Assembly: GCA_965153355.1 (NCBI GenBank)
Contig: OZ231126.1
Span: 40,610,001-40,674,000, forward strand
Origin: Flaccisagitta enflata
Taxonomy: Eukaryota
Length of the DNA stretch: 64,000 bases
Direction: 5' to 3'
The position numbers were made by a program, and so were the translations under genes. Below, in pieces: positions 1 to 11,366 of this stretch (positions are counted from its first letter, which is position 1; each line of letters begins with the position of its first letter). Below the pieces are notes generated by a model. It was not told the origin of the DNA and made no database searches. It saw only the letters and a list, made by a program, of their open reading frames with translations.

Positions 1-228
1 ACATTAGATAAATTCTAAAAACATGTCACATAAAATCAAAGACATCAAATCAAGGACGAAAATGTTACAATAATTTTTGTTTGATTTTCTCTATCGCTAA
101 AATAATATTTGTTGGGTTTTCTGGATAAAAGACTAATCAACTGCATATCACATAACAAACAATGAGGATAGCACAATAATTCAAAACTTGCGCAAGGATG
201 GCGATGAAGTTGAAACGGAGCATCACCC

Positions 229-3001
229 CTACCATCTAGAACCATCTCCTCCACTAACCAATGAAACCTTTGGAATGTCTTGAAAATGTCCAATTGGAGG
301 AGGTTGATGATCTTGGGAATGGCACAGCTCAAACTTGATGAGCGGAGCAGAAGGGACAAATGAGCCACCATAGAACGCCAGCACAAGATCACGGCAATCC
401 AAGTCATTGGCGTAATACCAAGACCATGGACACCGCTTGATACCACTGGCATTTGGCGATGAAGCATGATACCATTTGTTCTCAACATCACCATGGCAAA
501 TGCCAGCGATGTTCTTGACAGGATCTTGCAGAGCAGAGTTGTTCTGCCCTTTGTTCTTCAAACGACATGGCAACGATGCCACATACTCTTTATCCAATAG
601 AAGATGACAGCAGCAATCCAAATGCCACTTGGAGACGAAATCAAAATGGCTAATCTTGGCAAGAGAGGTTTTCTCAATACCAAATTGTTGTTTGCCATCT
701 TGGAGAAACTTGACATTTTGACTGAGCAACTGACTTGAGCTGGATAATGGAGAAAACAAACTTGGTTTTGGCATAAAAGAGTGGGTTACCCATGAAATCA
801 GGACCAATATGCACAATATGCTCAATACTGAAATGATCATTTGAAAATTTATCCATGACCTGCTACTTTCCTTGAGTGGAGGGGAGTCCTCAATGTTGGA
901 TACCCCCACCGCGACATCTTCAGGGACAGGTATGGGAGGCAACTTTTCATCTTCAGTGAACTTTGGAGGACTGTGGAGGTCAAGCTTCTTGAGAGCCTGA
1001 GCACCCCCACCACTTTTCGGCGGAATCTCCAAACGAAAAGTATCTTCTTCTTCATTAACAGAGGCCACTGCCAACCATGCGGACCTAGAAGTGGGGCTTC
1101 CAGTTGGACCCATGATGGTTTGACCAAAGGAAGTATTGAGAATAACAGGGGATGACAGATCATGAAAGCGAGTCTCAAAAGGAGCAAAGACAGGCGCTAA
1201 GTCCGTGCCAATCAACAAAGATACTTCATTACTTGGTAATTCAATCAACTTGACACCTTCCATGTAATCATACTGATCAACATGCACCTGTTTTGGGATA
1301 TGCGAAGAATTGACCGGCAAAGAATCGATTACGAAGACTTCCACATCGTTGATGACACATTTGGGATCCACCATTGACTGGAGAGAAAGCTTTGCCACTT
1401 CAAGCGGCCCATTTACAGTTGAGCCAACTCCATTCAAAGTGATACATTCTCTTCGAGTTTGAATCCTGAACTTCTGTTGGAAGGCTTTAGACACAAGAGT
1501 CTTATTTGATCCAGTGTCAAAAAGCCCATAGACATTAGTAGATTTACCATTGCATTAGGAAGAAAAACTTTCATGGACAAAATTGGTCTGAAACAAAAAT
1601 CCAATTTAGAATCAATGGATGAAATCTCAACTTGCCTTGGCTTAAAACTGGCTACTTCACAAGTGGCTACCTCACTTTTGGGGGCTTCCCTGTTAGCAGA
1701 GTTGGCAGCGCAAACAGGATTTACTATGGCATGATTCACCTCTTGATTACTTGCAACTTGAAAACCTGATAGCTGAAGTAGACGATCTTGTACTCCAGAA
1801 CTGGCTACTTGCGACGCCGCTGGGTTGGCACCGCTGCTTTGGACGTTGGCTTGAATTGAAGACTGATCAGGGTAAACGGGAGAACGATGTAAAAGCGTGT
1901 TGTGCCCAAATCGATTGCAAATTAAACACTTAACTAGCACAGTGCATTGACCAACGCGATGGCCGTACGATAGACATCTAAAGCAAAGACGTTGTTTGAA
2001 AATAAAATCCTTTCCTCCAAATTCAAAAGACAAAATCGCGGGCAACTATCCAACAAATGCTCTTCACTACAGTAAACGCAGTTAGCACTTAACTGAGAGC
2101 TTTTATGAGACTGGAGTGGATTCTTGGCCCAAGCAGAGGGTTGCTGTTGAGCTTGCTGTTGTTGCTGCAGCACTTGCTGTTGAAGAGGAGGCTTGCCTTG
2201 TGCATCCATGGCTGCAACGTCAGCCTTGGGATTCGAACCTGTCTTGTCTGAGTTTAGAACAGGAGTAGTACGCGTCCCGCCTGTCTTAATTGGACTCGAA
2301 GATGAGGAGAGGGAGGAGGAAGAGGATGGGGAAACTTTAGGCTGAAGAAGGGCAGACATGCCGTACGTTCTGTTTAGACTCGAGTACCAATCTTTTAGAA
2401 ACTGGACCATAAAACTGACATCGACTTTTTCTCCCCTATCTTCAGCTTTGCCGGAAGCCTTAGAAAAGTCGCGTTTCATGACATGATTGAAACGGGACTG
2501 AACAATAGATAGTACAGTAGCATCCAAACTCAAAAATGAATCGTCTATGGTTGCCTTGGCAAAAGAAACCATTGATTGAATCTCTTGTAAAAGCTCTTTA
2601 ACGCTGTCGGCCGAATTGGCTGTTACCTCTTTCCCCTCTGTAATCTTCTTGAGACTCGCTTGCGCGCTCCCCACTCTCTTCCCAAAATAAAAGATATCAA
2701 GACGTTCTTGGGCTCTGACAAATTCTTTAAGCTTGGTCGCACACTCAGCCCTACTGCGCATCACTTAACTTATCTGAAGCGGCGTAGAAGAAGATAAGAA
2801 CTTGAACTTTGGGTTGGAACAGGAGGAGAAACATGACTGGGTAATCTTCGCTCTCGGGCCGGGTTTGTTCCGAACGCCGAATGGACCGACCGACTTCGTG
2901 GATGAATAAGTGGCAGTTCGATGAACGATCACCACGGAGGAATGAGTGGCGAGTTCAAACCGCCGCTGGGAGGAGGTAAACCAAATCTCAAGGGAGACCA
3001 C
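229..3001 (-). pseudogene. Decayed BEL/Pao-type gag-protease region
   Basis: Three tandem zinc knuckles typical of BEL/Pao Gag (CVYCSEEHLLDSC, CFRCLSYGHRVGQC, CLICNRFGHNTLLH). Aspartic protease motif YGLFDTGS lies at about 1507-1518, in frame with ORF 229..1494, followed by LLIGTD. Lesions: in-frame TAA at 2765-2767 and frameshifts near 2000 and 1555. No RT, RNase H or integrase motifs seen. Confidence 0.85.
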
Positions 3002-3061
3002 CCCAATTGGATGTGAATTGGAAGATTCGTTGTCGGTGACTTGACTGGGTCCCCTCGATGA

Positions 3062-3582
3062 TGTAACTTGGAAGTTTCGGCGTAGCTTTTGACTATTTCA
3101 GCGTAGCTAAACTTAGCGTAGCTTTTGACTATTTCAGCGTAGCTAAACTTGGATTAGATATAGCTAGGCGTCACGATACGAATAAAATAGCCAATTCCAT
3201 GATGCATTGACAAACTTTATTGTCACGATTAAAGACACCATGACACAGGGGGACACGTCAAAAGCTGTAAAGAGAGACGATTAAAACCATGAGTTACATA
3301 GCCAATTGGCGACTTAAGGATCAATGACAAAACTTAAGGATTAAGCAATAAAACTCAGTGATAACTTGAGGACGATAATTACCTACGGTCCGACTTGACA
3401 AAACTTCAATTAGCCAAGGCGAGACAACGCTTTTAAAAGAAACCAAACTACGAAGAAATAAGCGGTGACCAATCACGAGACAGATCACACCGACTTTGAC
3501 TAATCACGAGACAAATCATGAGCGACACGACGTCATGACAAATCACGATTTAGAACGCAATGCAACTCGCAAAAGCGCACAA

Positions 3583-3650
<68 letters not shown>

Positions 3651-3972
3651 ACCCGTCCTTCTTTCTTTTCTTCTTTTTTGTCATTTTTTATCTTCCTTTC
3701 TTTCTCTCTTCCTTTTCTTCTTCCCCTTTCCCTTTCCTCGCCTTCCTTTCCTCGCCTTCCTTTCCTTCCAATAAGCTTCCACTCCTTCCGAGGCGCGCCT
3801 CGCGACTTCAAAAAAATGACCGCCTGCTCTGCGCTATTACGTGTGTCAGAACAGACCCTCGTTATTTAATGGCTATTTCTAGCTGAAAATTCGCCTAGGA
3901 AATGATGGCTCTGTTGGGCTTCTTAAAGCCAGCTCCGAGTCCGACTTTCTGATATCAAACACGCACTTAACA
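3062..3972 (-). mobile_element. Putative 5' LTR of the BEL/Pao element
   Basis: On the minus strand it starts TGTTAAG at 3972 and ends ...GTTACA at 3062. It contains AATAAA at about 3216-3221, a 36-bp tandem duplication at 3080-3150 and a (GA)n tract. There is no partner LTR in the window and no clear PBS. Confidence 0.4.
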
Positions 3973-4202
3973 ATCCGTACGGATTTGGCTGTCGATCCAT
4001 TGGTGATGGATTCCTGTAGAATCTTTCACTATCTCCATTTGTCTGAATTTATGAGCAGTTCACATCACATTAAAGATTTTCGATTCCACTTCGAGAGCCA
4101 CATCATGCACGCAACAACATGCACAAAAGTGTGACAGAACGAAAAAAATATCACAGAATTGTCGGTGTCATTGACATCATGCTGCTCTACGCCATAAGAA
4201 TT

Positions 4203-4732
4203 TTTTTATCGCGTGCTACGCGACTCCATAAGCCACTTTTTGGTCCGCCGGTCCGTCGATTGGTTGGTCAGTCTGTCGGTCTATCGGTCCGTTGGTCCGT
4301 AACAAAACTGTTTAAAAGGCTTTTAACACAAAATACAGACATTTTAAATGTTTTCGAATGTTTCTAAGGCATTTATAAGCCTCTATAAGCCACTTTTTGG
4401 TTGGTCAGTTGGTCTGTCGGTCTGTCAGTCTGTCCATCACAAAGTTGTTTGAAGGGTGTTACATCCTATTCAAAGACATTCCAAATGTTTTTTGAATGTT
4501 TTTATGTCATTCATACACCTGTATAAGCCACTTTTCTGTTCATCTGTCCGTCCATCTGTCTGTCTGTCTGTCCGTCGTTTTGTGTGTCCATTGGTTTGTC
4601 AGAAAGTTGTTTTTAAGACTTTTTGTTGCTAGGTCATAGGTCTGTTTAAATGTTTTAGTCTGTTCATCTGTCTGTCTGCCTGACTTTTCTGAAAGTGCTG
4701 ACGCACACGACTTAGGTCTAATGACCTTGTTT
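4203..4732 (+). mobile_element. Helentron-associated (HINE/DINE-1-like) element with internal tandem units
   Basis: 5' hairpin TCGCGTGCTACGCGACT after a T-run, (GGTC/CTGT)n tracts, and a 3' CACACGACT plus GGTC..GACC hairpin ending TTGTTT. Confidence 0.65.
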
Positions 4733-4951
4733 CTTCTTGACTTCATGAATGACAGTCTTTGACAAATTTCCAACGCAGTTATATATCCAGCTCACCGTCT
4801 TATTGACCTTTATGTGATTGGGGAGCATAAAAAAGAAGTGGAGAGGTAATCAAAACCACCAAAGGTAGTGGAAGGTGTCAAAGCATTTCATTGCATATGT
4901 CAAAAAAGTGATTTGATGACTTATATAGCCAGATTCAGAGCGATTTTTTGT

Positions 4952-5026
<75 letters not shown>

Positions 5027-5064
5027 TTTGTTTGTTTATTTGTTTGTTTGTTTGTTTGTTTGTT

Positions 5065-5160
<96 letters not shown>

Positions 5161-5412
5161 CGGTTGGGTGACCAACCAATCAAAAGACCAACCGACAGAC
5201 ATTGCTGTCTCTGCCAAATCTTCCTCGACTGTGATGGCATGTATCTGGCTTTGTTGTTGAACCACATTAAAGCATATATGTTTAGATTTAAACCCCTTTA
5301 ACTTTGTCCCTCCTTACTTTTTAACATTTTGGGTAGTTAAAAAGGAATATCTGTTTTTGTATACATACATCTAGTACTGCTACTCACTGCTGACATTGCA
5401 AAGAGCAAAATC

Positions 5413-5555
5413 TTTTTAGTCGCGGACAAGCGACTCTAGAACTTGCCGTGTCGGTCGGTCGGTCGGTCGGTCGGTCTGTCACGCCACGTCACATTTCTGT
5501 TTTCCGCTCCTGCCCACCAGTCAGCGACTGGGAGGGAGTGTATACGGCTTTGTTT
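5413..5555 (+). mobile_element. HINE/DINE-1-like element
   Basis: TTTTTAGTCGCGGACAAGCGACT, (GTCG)n, and a 3' GCGACT..GTGTATACGGCTTTGTTT end. Confidence 0.75.
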
Positions 5556-6043
5556 CTGCTTTCTGCTAGCGGAAAATGAATCCACTGCTTTTTTGAACAC
5601 TAAATGTGAGTTGATTATGTACATTTTCCTGCTGATTTTAACTGCCAAAAAGAGAAAAATAATATGAAAATTTCAATTTAAGCGCATTCCCCTCACCATT
5701 TACCGCGTCCAGAAGTTGTAAGGTCGGTTGGTCGGTCGGTCAATTGGTCAGTTAGTCGGTCATCCCGCAACTTTCAAGTTTTTTTCCATTATTGCCCATG
5801 CCATGGCCCCCTACCAACGCACGCGACTATTAGAATTTTCCTGATCCTGGTCTTTTCTTTCATCGGAGAGTGAAATCTTTTCTTGGACTTTTGTTTGAAG
5901 GACTTTTGTTTCCAGAAGGAGTCGCGCCGTCGAGAATTTTTTCAGTATTCTCATTGCCTCAAACAAAATTCTCACTCATTTTAGTCATTTTAGTTCGGAA
6001 CACCACGTCTCAAAAAGTCTAACTGCCGTTGATCAATACACTC

Positions 6044-6186
6044 TTTTTTTAGTCGCGTGCACGCGACTCTATGACCCACTCTGTCTGTCGGTCGGTCCGT
6101 CGGTCGGTCCCACTTAGCTTTTCTTAGCTTTATCGCCGCTCCTGCCCACCCGCACGCGACTTCGGCTCGTGTATACGGCCTTGTTT
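6044..6186 (+). mobile_element. HINE/DINE-1-like element
   Basis: AGTCGCGTGCACGCGACT 5' palindrome, CACGCGACT subterminal inverted repeat and a 3' GTGTATACGGCCTTGTTT end. It is inserted in a T-run. Confidence 0.8.
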
Positions 6187-8209
6187 ATAAGAACGTCATT
6201 TTTTTTTCAAAGACTTCATATTCTTTTTTTCAAGGCTAAATGAAGCCTTCGACGTTTTTAGAGTGTTCTTAATTCTAAATATTATATAGATTATAGGAAA
6301 CCTTATGAAATACTATAACTAATAATGCTAAATATACTTTTGATAAATACTATTAAAACAAATGCCAACCATTAAAGTATAGGGATATTTTCATGATATT
6401 TATCTAAAAGTTATGAAATAGAATATTATCTTAATTCCAGTGTTTTTTAATATTTTTTAGCTATTATTATAAGCGAAATTTTTTTTCTCAAGATTTAAAG
6501 CCTTCATATGTTGCATCCAAGAAAAGCGAATCCAGAATTCAGACAGGCTCTACTTGAATGAGTTAGGCGATTTCCTTCGTTAGGCAAAACGAATTTCGAC
6601 GTTTCGCAGAAAATTGCAAGAAAATAATTAAAATGAATTTTTCTGCGAAGCAACCGTTTGGCATTGGCTAATGAAACCTAGTGTCCTGGGAAGAACGAAT
6701 GACAATGGAGCCGTACAGGATTCATATCGTCGGTAGGCAACCGGGACGGGGGTCAAATGACTTCATAATGGGAAATGATGAGAAACAAAAAGACAAAATT
6801 GAACGGAAAATAAGAACGCAGGGATGAAAAAAGAAACAAAAGTGATTTAAAATGTAATTTAAAGAAAAGATCAACCCTTGAAAATAAAATGCGGATATGT
6901 AGGATTTGGTAATTTCGATAAATGACGTGAGCCAGACTGATTAATGATAAATAGGCCGATGCATATATATTTGGCTTGCAAGCACGTACACGCTTTTCAT
7001 TTTATAAGAACATAGATTTCTGAAGTGAGACTCAGCATTCTTATTTTTAGCCCTATCTTAAGATTAAAGTGTTATTAACACATTTTTATATCTTCAAATA
7101 AATAATTCTTCTATAACTATGCAATTACAATATGTTTGCTTTTCTAAGCAACTGTCAGAAAAATGTTTTTTTTTTTTATATTCAAAAAGAGAAGTAAAAT
7201 TAATGTTTAAGAACATGAATATTTTTTTTAAAAGATCCACATTACAATATTGATTTTGAGGATATTTTTTTATTTCATAAAATCATTTCAAAAATTATAT
7301 TTATGAATCGAAAAGTGCGGAAACCAGCGTTTTAGATGCTTTATGTGCATGTGAGAGGGGGACTTGGAGTGTTGATGGGGGTTGGATGCCCGTGCCCACC
7401 CGTCCGCAACGTTCGATATCGTGACCCCGCGTCACATGTTAGCTACGTGCATGAGAATCTCCACTTTTTTTTGCAATTGGCAGCTGCATTTCGACTCCCT
7501 CCATGGCGTCATCGGCGCGACCGTTTTGCGAGTCGTCGTCAGCAACAGAAACGACATCAGCGTCAACGGACAATTTTACCCTCTCAACCACGCTGTCAGC
7601 AACCGACATTGCTTTTTTGACACCGCCTCCAGAGACCAATTTGGATCCATCGACTTGTACATCAACAGCGTCAACAGACAATTCTTCCGTCGCAACAGCA
7701 ACAGCAACCAATGTTTCTCCTTCGTCAACGCCTTCAGAAAGCTATACAGCTGCATCGACAGTGCCCTCAGTCAACACTCCGATTCTCTTCACCCTTCCAC
7801 CTGACACCACTACTTCATCAGCGTCGACATCTCCCGGTAGTTTTGAATATGCTTCCAAAGATCATTGCGACCATTCTGATGCGATATTTTGTATCAAAGG
7901 GCCCGCGAAACAATGGCTGAAAAAAATTGATTGGTCATGCGGCGGGCCTTTGGACATGGAAATCAACTTTTCAACAGTGAAGTCAACTACACGTCTCGTG
8001 CAACGTCTCATATACCAACGAAAAACCCTCGTTAAAAAATTGGGAGGCCGCAACCGTAATGATCCAAATTTCTTGAACAAAGTTTACTTCGTTGCCGTCT
8101 TCGATGGGGAAACAAAGAACCAACTGGTGGGTCTGATTATTGTGTGCATTGGATTAATTATCTTGTTTTTGTGTGTGTGTGTGTTTGTTTGTTTGTTTGT
8201 TTGTTTGTT

Positions 8210-8285
<76 letters not shown>

Positions 8286-8296
8286 AGAGCGCGAGC

Positions 8297-8339
<43 letters not shown>

Positions 8340-8352
8340 GGACAGACGGACG

Positions 8353-8426
<74 letters not shown>

Positions 8427-8524
8427 TGGACGGAAAGAGAGACACAGTGAGACAGAGATTTAAAGAGAGACAAAGAGAGACAGAGATTGAATAACAAAAA
8501 CAGGCAGGTAGTTAACCTGACAGC

Positions 8525-8577
<53 letters not shown>

Positions 8578-10650
8578 TAATAGGTGATCTTACCTTTGAT
8601 GTCCCCTCTCCCCTACGAATACATAGGAAATCGTCTCCAACATCAATGCTCATTCATGCCCAGTCAACTCGTCTTCAACGATCGAAGTCGCCGTTGAGAA
8701 CGATGACGACGTGAGGCCAACAGCTGCGACGCCGAGTGCAATTGGGACATTTTCAACAACAACAACAGCGGCATCAGCTGCTGAAACGGCGATTGAATTG
8801 GGGGCTGTATTGGCGGGTGCATCGACGGGCGTATTGGCGGGCGTATTGGCGGGCGCATTGGCGGGTGCATCGGCGGGCGCATCGGCGGGCGCGTCGACGG
8901 GAGCTTCAGCGGGTGCATCGGCGGGCGCATCAGCGGATGCATCAACGGGCGCATTGGCGAGCGCAGTGGCGGGTGCATCGGCGGGTGCATCGGCGGGTGC
9001 ATCGGCGGCTGCATTGGCAGCTGCATTGGCGACTGCATTGGTGACGTCGGCGGCGGCTGGTGCCTCCTTGGCGATAGAAGGAGAAACTGACGCATCAGCA
9101 TTAAGCGCCATTTCTTATGAAACCATTGAGGCCCTTAGAAGATTGGTTGCAGAAAAAGACGTCATTATCGCTAAAAGGGAGGTTGAGATTTCCGAAAAGG
9201 ATGACGAAATTGTATTTCTAAGAAACACAAAACGCGCATTGGAACAAGAAAATGACGAACTTTTTGCAAGCATCAAGAACTGCGAGAAAGTGAATAAAGA
9301 CTTACAAAAGGATCAGGAAGATTTGAAACGATCGCACACAAAAGAAATGAAATCTAAAGACAGTGCGGCATCAAAATTTGAAGAGAAAATTTCCGCTATG
9401 CAATCTAAACTTGAAGAACTCTCTGCCGCGAATGGTAGATTTGTGGGACCCCAAAACCCTCGAAAGACATTTCATGAATTGAAACACTCTCAACGAGCAG
9501 TTGTTAAGTGTCAAATTTTGGACTCCGTCTCTTCCGGCTCCGAGGACATTCTGAAGAAAAGGAGACTTTCCATTGGTCATTTGACCATAGAAGATCCGGA
9601 TGGACAGCAGAATGACATTCGCATAAATGCAAGACCACCCCACACATATGAAGAACTGACCGCGGTGGAAATGGACCGGGTAGTCCGTATCAGCAACAGC
9701 AAAGCTATAAATCGAACCAGTGATAAATCTTATGGTGCGTTTCGTCGAGTTACGCCGGACCTCCCTTTTCTGACTCACGTCAAAAGTTATGATGATTCCG
9801 TCTGCCAAAAGCTTCCTCCTCTGGTTGTTGCGCCTAATGAACGCGGCGCCTTTTTGCCGCTTCGACCAGAATGCAAAGAACAGATCGAACACTTACACGC
9901 CGCTGAAAATCTTGATCTCACTCAAAAGATAGTTGTGAAGATAGGAGTTGATGCAACAAAACTTACAAATGCGGAAAGTATTTGCATCTATTCCCTTGAA
10001 ACATTCTCCAAGTCAAGTGTCATTGGGTTGGTAGGAGCCGTTACCGGATCCGACGGGCACGAAGACATGCGCCGCACAGCCATTTACTTCTTCCAAGAAG
10101 TCAAAGATCTTGCATCCCATCCAATAATTGAAACAAATGTCGGGAATGTCGCAATCGAGGTTCGGCTGGGTGGTGATCTTTGTGGCTTGTGCAACAATTT
10201 ATCCTATATAAAACTCATACAATTAATCAAAAGGAAACAGAAATTGAACAAAATATGGAAAAGATATGGACATTTATATAGTGTAAGCTTCCATTACATA
10301 CACATACATACCTAATCTGTGGTCTTTTGAAACACTAACAAAATTCCTTAGGCATATACTTTTTACTAAATGTGTCATATTTTCCTATCTTAAAAAATAA
10401 ATATCTAAATATTTTATTTAGAAATAATGAATATTTTAGGGAAAGGGTGTTGTTAGAGCTGTCTTCTGGCATTGATCGGGACCATCAACTCAGCCCAATT
10501 TTGGTTAGAGTTGACCTAATTGAAAAAAGAGAACCAAGGTGTCCATATCCCTAGTTGAGCCCCTTTATCCTAATTAGGGGGGTGGGATTTAGGAGAATTT
10601 ATACTATATATGGTTATGGTTATGATTTTTAGTGATTAAAGGGAAAAAGG

Positions 10651-10969
10651 CCTTCATCTTCAAAGAAGATATATCATGGGATGATAGGTCACCATGAAGG
10701 GTAAAAAAGTTTTAGTACATGTCCAAAAAATTTTTTTATAAAACTATCAAACCATACAGCTTCTGGTCATCAGTTGGAGTCCTGTACCTTAAAGGGTTTC
10801 GACCCATATATATATACATATATACATACAAAAGTATCCACATACATATATATACACCTCCAAGACCCAAGTACAGGCGGGTCGCACTTCAACAAAGTGC
10901 CCTCCACTGTTTGGTTTGAAGAGATCAAGAAAATCATCAGGAATCGGCCATGGGATTGAAAATCATGGC
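10651..10969. ncRNA. Candidate structured RNA (stem-loops and pseudoknot) in the PLE 3' UTR
   Basis: Complementary pairs: 10651-10657/10694-10700, 10774-10779/10858-10863, 10781-10787/10871-10877, 10864-10868/10879-10883 and 10884-10889/10895-10900. Hairpins at 10794-10805 (GGGT-TTCG-ACCC) and 10947-10969. Confidence 0.4.
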
Positions 10970-11063
10970 TTCCTCCCAACCAGTTTCAAAATCCTTTATT
11001 ATAGGAAAAATTATTTTCTTTCTTTAGTCATTTTAGACACCAGTTAAAAATTGTTTTCAGGAA

Positions 11064-11362
11064 AAAGTGAATCTGTGACACAAGGTCAAAAAAGAAACAC
11101 ATATGTTAAAATATTTTTTATATAAAAAGATAAAGTGAATCTGCGACACAAGGTCAAAATAGAAACACTTATATTAAAATATGAATAAAATTTTAGAAAA
11201 GTGTTAAAATTTCCCAAAAGGTGTCCAGCTATGTAACTACGACAAGTTGGTCAAGAGAAACACAGCCTTTCACCAAAACTTAGGGACTATATTAAAACTA
11301 AGATGGTGTTTGGCTATGGTCTGCGACAAGTGGGTCAAAAGATTCTCATAGCCTCCCACCAA
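11064..11362. repeat. Four related bulged stem-loop units just downstream of the PLE stop codon
   Basis: GAC-N5/6-GTC apices at 11077, 11145, 11241 and 11325. Units 1 and 2 share a repeat of about 50 bp, and units 3 and 4 share one of about 60 bp. Confidence 0.65.
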
Positions 11363-11366
11363 AATT

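Noticed and set aside
8650-9111. Minus-strand (APAD)n and (PPMH)n ORFs
   Set aside because: These are antisense shadows of the GC-rich 12-bp coding minisatellite.
10184-10315. C-terminus of ORF 8711..10315
   Set aside because: This is read-through into the PLE 3' end. The real frame resumes at 14305.
10763-10806. Canonical hammerhead ribozyme
   Set aside because: CUGAUGA and GAAA are present on the minus strand, but stem I does not pair and the first stem II pair is C-C. Kept only as a non-canonical candidate.
10184-11366. SECIS element or selenoprotein-type Naiad
   Set aside because: The ORF has no in-frame TGA, and I saw no convincing SECIS stem.
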